64,000 nt of DNA from an uncultured Candidatus Binatia bacterium (GTDB lineage Bacteria > Desulfobacterota > Binatia > UBA9968 > JAJDTQ01): the NCBI GenBank assembly GCA_965221155.1, contig OZ244869.1, positions 4,519,790 to 4,583,789 of the forward strand, written 5' to 3'. Both the position numbers and the translations under genes were made by a program. How positions within the stretch are numbered: position 1 is the stretch's first letter; the number at the start of each line of letters is the position of its first letter. The notes beneath the pieces were generated by a model, which was not told the origin of the DNA, searched no databases, and saw only the letters and a list, made by a program, of their open reading frames with translations. This document shows, piece after piece, positions 17,231 to 26,532 of the stretch.

Positions 17231-17946
17231 AGCTCCTCCAGGACAAGGTCTGCATCGTCACCGGCGCGGGCCGGGGCATCGGCCGCGCCATTGCACTGCT
17301 GGCCGCGGAGAACGGCTGCCGCACGGTGCTTGCGTCGAGAAGCGCGGACCAGCTCGAAGCGGTCGAGGCCGAGATCCTGGACCGGGGCGGACAGGCTTTC
17401 TGGATCCGCACCGATCTGTCCAGACAGGAGGATCTGGCGGCGCTGGTGCAGCGGACCCTCGACCGCTTCGGCGCCATCGACTTCCTCGTCAACAACGCCG
17501 GCTGGGGCATCAAGGCCAACGTCGTCAAGGCCAGGGTGCAGGACTGGGAGCAGACCCTCCGAGTCAATCTGTTGGCGCCCATGATCCTGAGCCAGCTCGT
17601 CCTGCCGACCCTGATGGCCAGGCAAGCAGGCGCCGTCGTGAACATCGCGTCGATATCGGGACGGGCAGGGCAGGGCGGGTCCGCGGCCTATGCCGCCTCG
17701 AAGGCCGGGCTCATCGCCTTCAGCCAGTCACTGTTCGAGGAGGTGCGGGAGCACGGTATCAAGGTGGCGGCCATCGTGCCCGGCTTCGTTGACACCGGGA
17801 TGATACCGCCGGTCCGGCATCTCGACCGGGCCAGGATGATCATGCCCGAGGATGTGGCTCAGGCGGTGCTGTTCGTACTGACGGCGCCGCCCACCGCTTG
17901 TCCGGTGGAAATCACCGTTCGTCCGCAGCGCACGCCGTATCGGTAG
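17227..17946 (+). CDS. SDR-family short-chain dehydrogenase/reductase
   Basis: TGAGRGIGRAIA cofactor motif, NNAG, and the catalytic S...YAASK. The GTG start overlaps the upstream stop. Confidence 0.88.
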   Translation: MKLLQDKVCIVTGAGRGIGRAIALLAAENGCRTVLASRSADQLEAVEAEILDRGGQAFWIRTDLSRQEDLAALVQRTLDRFGAIDFLVNNAGWGIKANVVKARVQDWEQTLRVNLLAPMILSQLVLPTLMARQAGAVVNIASISGRAGQGGSAAYAASKAGLIAFSQSLFEEVREHGIKVAAIVPGFVDTGMIPPVRHLDRARMIMPEDVAQAVLFVLTAPPTACPVEITVRPQRTPYR

Positions 17947-18022
17947 GATCGCCGGCATCGTATTTCGAAGACAGGGACCGCGCACCCGCCACTGGCGGTA
18001 AACGGTGACGACGCCCCCTTCC

Positions 18023-18269
18023 GTCATTCCCGCGAACTAGGCTGTGTTTCCAAAGACTCTGATCAATTGCCGCCGAGTAATGATGGCGCCCTTCGACAAG
18101 GCTCAGGACAGGCGTAGCGAAGCGAAGTCGAAGGGCGCTGGCTCTAAGGGCGACGGCACAATTGATCCGAGTCGTCCTCCCCGAAAGCGGGAATCCAGGT
18201 GGGGTGGGGCCGGGAAACACGCCGCCGCATCCCCCTCCACCCCTGGATTCCCGCTTTCGCGGGAATGAC
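18023..18269. repeat. REP-C composite whose left end is split by a nested hairpin insertion of about 145 bp
   Basis: GTCATTCCCGCGAA | insert 18037-18180 (inverted repeats GATCAATTGCCGCC.. / ..GGCACAATTGATC and GGCGCCCTTCGAC / GTCGAAGGGCGC) | CCGAAAGCGGGAATCCAGG ... GGGAATGAC. Confidence 0.75.
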
Positions 18270-18331
18270 AGAGGAGGGGGGTGACGGTGTATTCGGATGG
18301 ATCGTGTCGTTCCCAGGATCTGCCTGGGTCG

Positions 18332-19504
18332 TCAGGCCGCTCCCTGGAGATTGCAGAACTCCTCGTAGTCGATGAGCTCGTGAATGGTGGGCTTTTCGCC
18401 GCACATCGGGCACTCGGGGTCCTGCCGCAAGCGGAGTGTGTTGATCTCCATGGTCAACGTATTGAAATGGAGTAGCCGCCCGGCGAGAGAGTCGCCCTTG
18501 CCGAGGATGAGCTTGATGGCCTCCACGGCCTGGATCGTGCCGATGAGCCCGGGCAGGACTCCCAGCACCCCGGCCTCGGCGCAGCTCGGCGCCATGCCCG
18601 GGGGAGGGGGCTCGGGGTAGAGGCAGCGGTAGCACGGGCCGTTGCCCGGGTGGAACACCGATACCTGACCCTCGAACTGGAAGATGCTGCCGTGGACGTT
18701 GGGCTTGCCGGTCATCACGCAGGCATCGTTCACCAAGTAGCGGGTGGCGAAGTTGTCGCAGCCGTCCACCACGATGTCGTAGTCCTTGATGATCTCCATG
18801 ATGTTGTCGGAGGTCAGCCGCTCCGCGTAGGGGACCACGTTGACGTCGGGGTTCAGTCCCTGAAGGGTCTTCCGCGCCGATTCGGTCTTGAGCTCGCCGA
18901 TTCGGTCGTTGGTGTGGAGGATCTGGCGCTGCAGGTTGGACAGGTCCACCACGTCATGGTCGACGATGCCCATGGTGCCGACGCCGGCCGCCGCCAGGTA
19001 GTAGGCGGACGGTGACCCCAGGCCGCCGGCGCCTACCATCAGCACCTTGGCGTCCAGCAACTTGGCCTGCCCCTCTTCCCCTACCTCGGGCAGCAGGAAG
19101 TGGCGGCTGTATCGGGTGAGCTGCTCCTGCGTGAACTGTCGGTCCTGCGCGAAGGAGTAACCCTCGTTCTTCCAGGCGCCATATCCGCCGGACATGGAGA
19201 TCACGTCCTCGTAGCCCATCTCCTGCATCACCTTGCCGGCCAGGAGCGATCTCACGCCGCCGGCGCAATAGGCGATGATGGGAGTCGACTTGTCGGGCAC
19301 CTCGGCGTCCATCTTCATCTCGAGGAAGCCCCGCGGCACCGACACCGCGCCCTCCAGGTGTCCTTCCCGGTATTCCTCTTTTTCCCGGACGTCCAGGACC
19401 ACGTGCTTGCCGTTGTTCTGCAGCAACTCGTGCACCTGCTGAGGCGACAACTCCTTTACGGTGCCGCGCGCCTCGTCCATCAACTGCTGAAATGTCTTGG
19501 CCAT
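18332..19504 (-). CDS. Rhodanese-ThiF/MoeB-family adenylyltransferase fusion (rhodanese N-terminal)
   Basis: Residues about 10-110 look like a rhodanese domain with active-site loop CAGGVRS. They are followed by the ThiF/MoeB fold (GAGGLGSPSAYYLAAAGVG) and two CxxC pairs (CYRC, CPMC). Confidence 0.8.
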   Translation of the reverse strand: MAKTFQQLMDEARGTVKELSPQQVHELLQNNGKHVVLDVREKEEYREGHLEGAVSVPRGFLEMKMDAEVPDKSTPIIAYCAGGVRSLLAGKVMQEMGYEDVISMSGGYGAWKNEGYSFAQDRQFTQEQLTRYSRHFLLPEVGEEGQAKLLDAKVLMVGAGGLGSPSAYYLAAAGVGTMGIVDHDVVDLSNLQRQILHTNDRIGELKTESARKTLQGLNPDVNVVPYAERLTSDNIMEIIKDYDIVVDGCDNFATRYLVNDACVMTGKPNVHGSIFQFEGQVSVFHPGNGPCYRCLYPEPPPPGMAPSCAEAGVLGVLPGLIGTIQAVEAIKLILGKGDSLAGRLLHFNTLTMEINTLRLRQDPECPMCGEKPTIHELIDYEEFCNLQGAA

Positions 19505-19579
19505 GATCTCTCCCTGGCGGAAGTACCCAAACAATAACTAAGTATTCAGGTTTCTATTATAAGTTATTCTCTGCGATTG

Positions 19580-20641
19580 TCAATTCAGTGCGTAAAAGCG
19601 GTTCGCGTTGTCGGCGAGGATCTTACGCTTGGCCGTATCCGAGACGTCCTCCCTGGCGCAAAGTTCGGGGATATCCTTGAAATATTCCTCGCGCGGACGC
19701 TCGTGGGGATAGTCGGAAGCGAAGAAGATGTGGTCCTCGCCAAGGAGTTCGACGACGTAGGGCAGGGTGCGTTCCTCCGACTCGACGGAGACGTAGACGC
19801 TGCCGCTCTTGATGTAGTGGCTGGGGGAGTGCTTCAGCCGGGGCGCCCACTTCTTGCCGCGCCGCTCGTAGCCCTCGTCGAGCCGGTCCATCATGAACGG
19901 TACCCAACCCGCGCCCGCCTCCAGGTAGGCGACGCGGAGGTCGGGAAAGAGCTCGAACACGCCCTGGAACACCATGTTGGTCAGATGGATCAGCAGGGGA
20001 ATGGGATGTTCCAGCGCGTGGACCTCGGCGAAGCTGTCGAGATAGTCGAAACCCAGCCCGCGGCTGGGCGCGCCGTGGACGGCCAGCGCCATGTCGAGGC
20101 GGCACGCCTCTTCGTAAAGCGGAAAGAAGCTCTCGTGGCCGTACCCCTTGCCCAGCGAGTTCACCGACGGCAGCACCGCGCCCGGCATGCCCAGTTCTTC
20201 CTTGGCCCGCCGCATCTCCTTGATGGCGTCGTCGATGCTGTGAATCGGGATCAGCGCCGCGCCGAGGACTCTCGGCGTGTGCTTCATGTAGTAGTCGTGG
20301 AGCCACGAGTTGTAGGCGTGGGCGATGTTGACGGCATAGGCCGGATCCTGGATCAGCCCGAATCCCAGGCCGGAGGTCGGATAGACGATGGTCCGGTCGA
20401 TGCCGCAGTCTTCCAGGAACGACACCCACATGTCGCAGTCCGGATAGTCCCTGAGCCCGGACGAGCTCATGTTGGACAACCGGGTCCATCCGTCCAGCGA
20501 CGGGAACAGGGAGTACATGCGGGCCCAGGCGGGCTGGCCGTCGCTGCCCACGTATTTCTCTCCCATGAAGGGCATCATTTCGCTGGCATTTTCCATGATG
20601 TGTCCGTCGCCGTCGATGACTGGATAGGCATTCGCGCGCAT
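19580..20641 (-). CDS. Amidohydrolase_2 (ACMSD-like, PF04909-type) family protein
   Basis: N-terminal IDGDGH metal motif, C-terminal SDYPH...AKRKILADNANRFY. ATG at 20641 has an AAGGAG RBS. Confidence 0.8.
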   Translation of the reverse strand: MRANAYPVIDGDGHIMENASEMMPFMGEKYVGSDGQPAWARMYSLFPSLDGWTRLSNMSSSGLRDYPDCDMWVSFLEDCGIDRTIVYPTSGLGFGLIQDPAYAVNIAHAYNSWLHDYYMKHTPRVLGAALIPIHSIDDAIKEMRRAKEELGMPGAVLPSVNSLGKGYGHESFFPLYEEACRLDMALAVHGAPSRGLGFDYLDSFAEVHALEHPIPLLIHLTNMVFQGVFELFPDLRVAYLEAGAGWVPFMMDRLDEGYERRGKKWAPRLKHSPSHYIKSGSVYVSVESEERTLPYVVELLGEDHIFFASDYPHERPREEYFKDIPELCAREDVSDTAKRKILADNANRFYALN

Positions 20642-20688
20642 GGGATTCTCCTTTTGTTCCAAAGCAGGGTAGCAGCGGGGTGGCTGCA

Positions 20689-20716
20689 CACGTGCGGGTT
20701 TGAAACCCGCCCCTAC
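20689..20716. repeat. REP-A element, copy 3
   Basis: CACGTGCGGGTTTGAAACCCGCCCCTAC. Its CTA (20713-20715) is the TAG stop of the adjacent amidohydrolase gene. Confidence 0.85.
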
Positions 20717-21804
20717 GCGATTCCGTAGAACCGCTTGGCGTTATCGCTCAGCATCTTGTCGGCCACCCGCTCGGGAATGTCTTCCCGGCCGCGGATGGTA
20801 GCTGTGAGTTCGGGCTCGTGCGACGGGTCCTGATGGCCGTAGTCCGACCCGATCAGGATATGGTCCTCGCCGATGTAGTCCACGAGATAGGGGACGTCCT
20901 CGTCCGCCTCGCAGGCGACGAACATCCGGTAGTCCTCGAACAGCCCTTCGTCCGTCTTGTGCTTCCAGTCGCTCTTGAGCAGCCGCTTCAGGATGTGCAG
21001 CATGAACGGCACCCAGCCCGCCGAGGCTTCGATGAAGCCGATGCGCAGGCCCGGAAACTCCTCGGGTATGCGGTTGGCAATCAGGTCCCGGAAGGCGAAC
21101 ACCGGCAGGATCCTGCCCTGGGCGAACGAGAAGTTCCGCTCGAAGCTGAACAGGTTGATGATCGAAGGCGCCCCCATGCCGGTATGGATGCAGATGGGCA
21201 GGTCCAGCTTGGCGGCCTCTTCGTAAATCGGGAAGAAGTAGGGGTCGTCCAGGGTGCGGTCCCCCTCCATGCCGCGAAAGAAGATGCCGACGGCGCCGTG
21301 CTCCTTGGCCAGCCGCATCTCGTCGATGGATGCTGTGATGGAGAGCAACGGCAGCACCGCGGTCCACAGCAGCCGGTTCTGCCCGGTGCGGTGCACCCCC
21401 CACATGTACCGGTTGTAGGCGCGGCACAGGGCGATATCCAACTCCGTATCGTGGGTCAGGTAAACCAGGAAGAGGGTGGGATAGATGACCTGGACGTCGA
21501 TGCCGAGCCGGTCCATATCGGCCAGTCTCACCTCGGGCTGGGTGATCTCGCGGCTGGCGATGAGGCTGTCGCTGCGCGACGACTCAAGCTTCGTGGCCGA
21601 CGGCGTCACCAGGCGGTAGCTCCCCTTGCCGTTGGGTTTCGGCACGATGTTGCCGTCGATGAGCCAGAAGGCATTGCGCGGGCCGTAAAGCGTGTCTTCG
21701 GGGACGGAGGCGAGCACCGGCCGACGCGAATACATGCCCTTGTCCATGTGGTCCCACATGGCAAGGGGTTCGGCGATATGCGTGTCGGAATCGATGATCA
21801 TCAT
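20713..21804 (-). CDS. Amidohydrolase_2 family protein
   Basis: IDSDTHIAEP ... GSDYGHQD ... DNAKRFYGIA. Tandem paralogue of 21860-22951. Confidence 0.8.
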   Translation of the reverse strand: MMIIDSDTHIAEPLAMWDHMDKGMYSRRPVLASVPEDTLYGPRNAFWLIDGNIVPKPNGKGSYRLVTPSATKLESSRSDSLIASREITQPEVRLADMDRLGIDVQVIYPTLFLVYLTHDTELDIALCRAYNRYMWGVHRTGQNRLLWTAVLPLLSITASIDEMRLAKEHGAVGIFFRGMEGDRTLDDPYFFPIYEEAAKLDLPICIHTGMGAPSIINLFSFERNFSFAQGRILPVFAFRDLIANRIPEEFPGLRIGFIEASAGWVPFMLHILKRLLKSDWKHKTDEGLFEDYRMFVACEADEDVPYLVDYIGEDHILIGSDYGHQDPSHEPELTATIRGREDIPERVADKMLSDNAKRFYGIA

Positions 21805-21859
21805 GGGACGCGGCTCCCGGTGCCTTATGCGGCCGAACGCTCCCGGCCGCATAAGCCCC

Positions 21860-22951
21860 TCAAAATGAATAAAGGTGCTTCGGGTTCTCGCACAGGATCT
21901 TGTCGGCGATGGCCGGCGACAGGTCTTCCCGCGACCGGATGGTCTGGGCCAGCTCCGGCTCGAACGACGGATCGTTGTGACCGTAGTCGGAGCCGATGAT
22001 GATGTTATCCTCGCCCATGTGCCGGATCAGGTACGGAATGTCCTCGTCGGCCTCGCAGGCGACGAACAGCCGGTACTTCTGAAACAGCTCGACGCTGGAA
22101 TCGAACTTGAACTGCTGCTTCAGCAGCCGCCGCAGGATGTGCAGCAGAAACGGCACCCAGCCCGCCGACGCCTCGATGAACCCGAACCGCAGCTTCGGAA
22201 ACATCTCCGGGATCCGGTTGTGGATGATGTCCCGGAACGCGAAGATGGGCAGAACCCTGCCGTGCGCGAAGGTGTGGTTGCGCTCGAGATTGAACATGTT
22301 GGTGAGCGTCGGACAGCCCGAGCCCGTATGGATGCAGATCGGCAGCTCCAGGGAATTGGCTTCCTCGTACACCGGAAAGAAGTAGGGGTCGTCCAGGGTC
22401 CGTTCCCCCTCCATGCCGCGGAAGAAGATCCCCACCGCGCCGTGCTCCTTGGCGAGCCGCATCTCCTTCACCGACTCGTCGATGGATCCGAGCGGCAGGA
22501 TGGCGTTCCAGCGAAGCCTCCCCTGACCCTTCTCCTCGATCTCCCACATGTAGCGGTTGTAGGCCTTGCACAGCGCGATCTCGAGGTCCACGTCCTCGGT
22601 GAGATAGACCAGAAAAAGGGTCGGGTAGATCACCTGGGTGTCGATGCCGAGGCGGTCCATGTCCTTCAGTCGCACGTTGACGTCGGTGATCTCGCGGCTG
22701 GCGATGAGGCTGTCGTTCCGTTCCGTCTCCGAGGTCGCGGCCGTCGGCGTGACCAGCCTGAATCCGCCCTTGCCCGAAGGCTTGGGAAAGATGTTCCCGT
22801 CGATGAGCCAGAACTTGTTGCGGGTGCCATAGAGTGTGTCGTCGGTGATCGACGTCAGCACCGGCCTGCGCGGGTGCATGTCCTCGTCGAAGAATTTCCA
22901 CATCGCCTCGGGCTCGGCGATATGCGTATCCGCATCGATGACTCCTGCCAT
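21860..22951 (-). CDS. Amidohydrolase_2 family protein
   Basis: IDADTHIAEP ... GSDYGHND. Roughly two-thirds identical by eye to the downstream neighbour. ATG at 22951 has an AGGAGG RBS. Confidence 0.8.
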   Translation of the reverse strand: MAGVIDADTHIAEPEAMWKFFDEDMHPRRPVLTSITDDTLYGTRNKFWLIDGNIFPKPSGKGGFRLVTPTAATSETERNDSLIASREITDVNVRLKDMDRLGIDTQVIYPTLFLVYLTEDVDLEIALCKAYNRYMWEIEEKGQGRLRWNAILPLGSIDESVKEMRLAKEHGAVGIFFRGMEGERTLDDPYFFPVYEEANSLELPICIHTGSGCPTLTNMFNLERNHTFAHGRVLPIFAFRDIIHNRIPEMFPKLRFGFIEASAGWVPFLLHILRRLLKQQFKFDSSVELFQKYRLFVACEADEDIPYLIRHMGEDNIIIGSDYGHNDPSFEPELAQTIRSREDLSPAIADKILCENPKHLYSF

Positions 22952-23096
22952 GGCTTGCCTCCTTGGAAAATAGGCACCGCGGGTCGGAACGCGCGAAAGC
23001 ACGGACGGTGCCCGTAGCTGTTTTTACTGCCAGCGGTGACGGCTTGTCAAACGCGCATGGGGCGCAGGAATCACGACGATGAACACGGTTTCCCAT

Positions 23097-23175
23097 GTAG
23101 GTCGGGTTAGCCGAAGGCGTAACCCGACAGACACGCCGGGCCGTGTCGGATTACGCTTCGCTAATCCGACCTACG
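23097..23175. repeat. REP-B inverted dimer (GTAGGTCGGRTTAGCCGAAGGCGTAAYCCGAC ... GTCGGATTACGCTTCGCTAATCCGACCTAC)
   Basis: Two inverted units. Related copies occur at 29352 (single) and 45370 (dimer). Confidence 0.85.
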
Positions 23176-23204
23176 AGGAGCGAGGGGAACTTTGGGTGTT
23201 CCGT

Positions 23205-23233
23205 GTAGGGGCGGGTTTCAAACCCGCCCGTGC
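23205..23233. repeat. REP-A element, copy 4
   Basis: GTAGGGGCGGGTTTCAAACCCGCCCGTGC, 30 bp from the REP-B dimer. Confidence 0.9.
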
Positions 23234-23272
23234 CCGCACCGCGCGGACGGACAATGCCCGCTGAACCGCCCC

Positions 23273-23983
23273 TCATCCCTCGGTGCACAGACGCCCGAGC
23301 CCCGGGATCGACGTCGGCCGGCCCATGCGCCGCAGGCAGGCCCACAGGGCGGCTTGGTTGCTGGACACCACCGGACGGGCGAGGCGGCTCTCCACCGCTT
23401 CGATGGTCTCGATCATGCGCGTGTTGGTGCAGCTCAGGAAGTAGCCCTCGGCCTCCGGGCGGCTGTTGTCGCAGGTTATGTCCAGCCACTGGTCCGGGGT
23501 CACCGCGATGTAGGCGTCGCTTCCGGGGAGGCCCAAGCCCAGCTCGTGAACCACCTCGAAGCCGGCTTCCGTCATGTAGCGCAACTCCGACTGGTTGGTT
23601 GCCTCCACGTAGGGGCTGATGAGCACGAGCCTGCGGATCGCGAGCGCGTTCAGCGCCTCGGTGATTGCCTGGCTGGTGGTCACGGCTGTGCATCCGCTTG
23701 CCCGGGCGACCCATTCGGTGATTCGCTCCTCGCCGGCGAGGCCCCCCTCCATGGAGTTTGCCGTGCAGTGGAACACAATCACGTCCGGGCTGGTGTCGGA
23801 CAATACGGCCGCGGCTTCCTCGATGGCTCCCTGGAACTGGTCAAGAGGCTTGCTCCACTTTCCGGTCATGCGCAGCCGGGTGACGTGAATGCCCACGTCC
23901 GCCGGCGCGTATTGGTTGAACTGCGGCTCGGTGAGCCGATTGGCGGATGGAATGATAAGGCCGATGCGCGCCTGGCTGTCCAT
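23273..23983 (-). CDS. Asp/Glu-racemase superfamily protein, maleate isomerase / arylmalonate decarboxylase-like
   Basis: 236 aa. IGLIIPSAN.. N-terminus and two candidate catalytic Cys motifs (VFHCTANS and FLSCTNT). Confidence 0.7.
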   Translation of the reverse strand: MDSQARIGLIIPSANRLTEPQFNQYAPADVGIHVTRLRMTGKWSKPLDQFQGAIEEAAAVLSDTSPDVIVFHCTANSMEGGLAGEERITEWVARASGCTAVTTSQAITEALNALAIRRLVLISPYVEATNQSELRYMTEAGFEVVHELGLGLPGSDAYIAVTPDQWLDITCDNSRPEAEGYFLSCTNTRMIETIEAVESRLARPVVSSNQAALWACLRRMGRPTSIPGLGRLCTEG

Positions 23984-24089
23984 GTGTTCCTCCGTTCCTG
24001 TAATCGATCTCGTTTGTTCGATGCCTGAGAGACGAACACGGCGGCGGACCCCGGTCAGGGCGACCGCCGGTCGCCCCTACGAGAGGTCC

Positions 24090-25286
24090 CTATGCCGGCG
24101 GAACCGCGTCGTTCCCGTTTCCCCACGAGCCCATGGCCTTGGCCAGGGCTTTCGGCTCCGGCAGGTCCTTCAGGTCGAAGAACTCGACGGCGTTTTTGTA
24201 AAGGACCAGCTCTTTCTGGGCGAAGCTCAGGTCGTCGCCCGAGATGATGTCCCGGACGGAGTAGGGGAAGTGGCAGTCCCAGTGGCAGTAGTCCGAGGCG
24301 TACAGCACGGAGGCCGGTCCGGAAGCGTCCAGCACCCGGTCCAGTCCGGTTTCCTCGGACTCGCATGACAGGACGAGCTGCTCGCTCCGGATGACCTCGC
24401 TGGGACGGCGACCCATCTCGGGCATCTGCGGCGCCAGCTTCTCCATGTGCTCGTCCAAACGCTCCATCCAGAAGGGCAGCCAACCGGCGGCGCCTTCCAT
24501 GTAAGCCACTTTCAGCCGGGGATAGCGATCGAACACACCTTCGCCCAGCATGTGCATCATGGCGATCATCAACTCGAAAGGGAAGGCGGTCATGTGGACG
24601 TAGACGTATTTGTAGAAGCGCCGGCTTCCGGCGCCCATAACCCCGGACACTCCTGGAACGCCGTCGTGGCCGGTCTGCGGGTGGACCGAGAGCGGCATGC
24701 CGATCTCCTGGGCGGCGGCGTAGATGGGATCGAACATGGGGTCGCCCATGTTCCGGCCGTAGACGTTGGTGGGGAGCATGGCGGTGGTGGCGCCGTGCTC
24801 GGCCAGGTAGTGCAGCTCCTGCACCGCCGCCGCCGGGTCCTGGCACGGAATGAGCCCCACGCCGCGCAGGCGCCGCGGGTCGGCGGAGCAGTAATCCAGC
24901 AGCCACTCGTTGACCGCATGGCACATGGCCCCGGCCAGGCCCTTGTCCATCAGGCCGTTGACCGTCAGGGCGATCTGCGTGCCGAAGATCACGGCCACGT
25001 CGATGCCTTCCAGGTCCATGTCCTTGAGGCGTTCCTTGGGCTCGGTCATGCCGGGACGGCCCTTCCTCGCCTCCTCGGTCATGGGTCCGGTCACGCCGGG
25101 GCCCGGCCCCTCGTTGGCCGGCCAGATGCGGCCCTCCAGCAGCAGCCGGTTGCCGCCCCGGTTGTCCTTCAGGCGCACCGGCGCCAACGATTTGTACTTC
25201 TCGGGCAGCAAGGGCTTGAAGTCGATGTCGCCCTCGTTGACGTGACCGTCCGCGTCGATCACGAGGGTGTTGGTATAGTCTTCCAT
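24090..25286 (-). CDS. Amidohydrolase_2 family protein
   Basis: IDADGHVNE ... ASDYCHWDCHFP ... YKNAVEFF. ATG at 25286 has a GGAGCA RBS. Confidence 0.8.
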   Translation of the reverse strand: MEDYTNTLVIDADGHVNEGDIDFKPLLPEKYKSLAPVRLKDNRGGNRLLLEGRIWPANEGPGPGVTGPMTEEARKGRPGMTEPKERLKDMDLEGIDVAVIFGTQIALTVNGLMDKGLAGAMCHAVNEWLLDYCSADPRRLRGVGLIPCQDPAAAVQELHYLAEHGATTAMLPTNVYGRNMGDPMFDPIYAAAQEIGMPLSVHPQTGHDGVPGVSGVMGAGSRRFYKYVYVHMTAFPFELMIAMMHMLGEGVFDRYPRLKVAYMEGAAGWLPFWMERLDEHMEKLAPQMPEMGRRPSEVIRSEQLVLSCESEETGLDRVLDASGPASVLYASDYCHWDCHFPYSVRDIISGDDLSFAQKELVLYKNAVEFFDLKDLPEPKALAKAMGSWGNGNDAVPPA

Positions 25287-25497
25287 GGTGTGTGCTCCGA
25301 TCAAACGCTCCTGTCACGGCAGGGAGCGTGCTGTAGATCTTTGGTGGGTCATATTCCGATCAAGCGCCCGGACGGCGTCGAGTTCGCCTGCGCCGGCCGG
25401 CCTCCAATGACTTCCCCGGCTATCGACGCACCGCAATGTACGGTTACTACTACCACCGATTTTGTGTCAAGATGCCCATTCGTCGTTGAGGAACCCG

Positions 25498-26532
25498 ATG
25501 GATACTGACTCCAACGCTCCGGGCGGACCGTTGCTGGAGGTCAAGGACCTGCGAACCTGGTTCTTCACCCGGTCGGGAACGGGCAAGGCGGTGGACGGCG
25601 TCTCCTTCACGCTGAATGAGGGGGAATCGCTGGGGCTTCTGGGCGAGTCGGGCTGCGGCAAGAGCATGACCAGCCTCTCCATCCTCCGGCTGGTACCGAG
25701 ACCGGCCGGACGCATCGTCTCGGGCGAGGTGCTGTTCCAGGGCCGGGACCTGCTGAAGATTTCGGAGCAGGAGATGCGCCGGGTCCGGGGCAAGCAGATC
25801 GCCATGATTCTGCAAGACCCCCTGAGCACCCTCAATCCGGTCTTCTCCATCGGCAACCAGGTGGCGGAGCCTCTCCGGGTCCACGGCATCGTGCCTCGGT
25901 CCGGCATCCGGGAGCGGGTCGCGAAGCTCCTGAGCCTCGTACGTATACCCGCGCCGGAATCCAGGTTGAAGGACTACCCTCACCAGTTCAGCGGCGGCAT
26001 GCGCCAACGGGTTGTTGGCGCCACGGCCATCTCCGCCGGGCCGAAGGTCCTCATCGCCGACGAGCCCACGACCTCTCTGGACGTCACCATCCAGGCCCAG
26101 TACCTGCGGCTGCTGAAGGAGCTTCAGAGGGAATCGAACCTGTCCATCATCTATATCACCCACGACCTGGGCACCCTGGCGCGGATCTGTGACCGGGTGG
26201 CGGTCATGTACGCCGGCAAGATCGTGGAGCAATTGACCGTGGATGCGCTTTTCGAAAGTCCCGCGCATCCCTATACGGAAGCGTTGCTGCAGTCCATCCC
26301 CCGCATGGACCGCAAGGTCCACCGGTTCCAGTCCATCGAGGGCAGTCCGCCGGTGGTCTACGATCTACCCCCCGGCTGCGCCTTTGCGCCGCGTTGTCCC
26401 AAGGTCAAGGATATCTGCCGGTCGGAGTCCCCGCCGATAACGAGCCTCGACCCGAACCACAGCGTGGCTTGCTGGCTGCACGTGAAGGATCACCATGAAT
26501 CCGCCCCTGCTGGAAGCCAGGAACGTCCGTAA
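25498..26532 (+). CDS. ABC transporter ATP-binding protein (DppD/OppD type)
   Basis: Walker A GESGCGKS, signature FSGGMRQR, Walker B LIADEPTT, and the oligopeptide-type C-terminal extension (PGCAFAPRCP). Confidence 0.88.
   Translation: MDTDSNAPGGPLLEVKDLRTWFFTRSGTGKAVDGVSFTLNEGESLGLLGESGCGKSMTSLSILRLVPRPAGRIVSGEVLFQGRDLLKISEQEMRRVRGKQIAMILQDPLSTLNPVFSIGNQVAEPLRVHGIVPRSGIRERVAKLLSLVRIPAPESRLKDYPHQFSGGMRQRVVGATAISAGPKVLIADEPTTSLDVTIQAQYLRLLKELQRESNLSIIYITHDLGTLARICDRVAVMYAGKIVEQLTVDALFESPAHPYTEALLQSIPRMDRKVHRFQSIEGSPPVVYDLPPGCAFAPRCPKVKDICRSESPPITSLDPNHSVACWLHVKDHHESAPAGSQERP

Noticed and set aside
23079-23264. 61-aa ORF (VGRVSRRRNPT...GLRFANPTYEE) over the REP-B/REP-A cluster
   Set aside because: It is a translation of repeat units. 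The same peptide fragments recur wherever REP-B occurs (29280-29684, 45276-45623), which indicates repeat-derived rather than genuine coding sequence.
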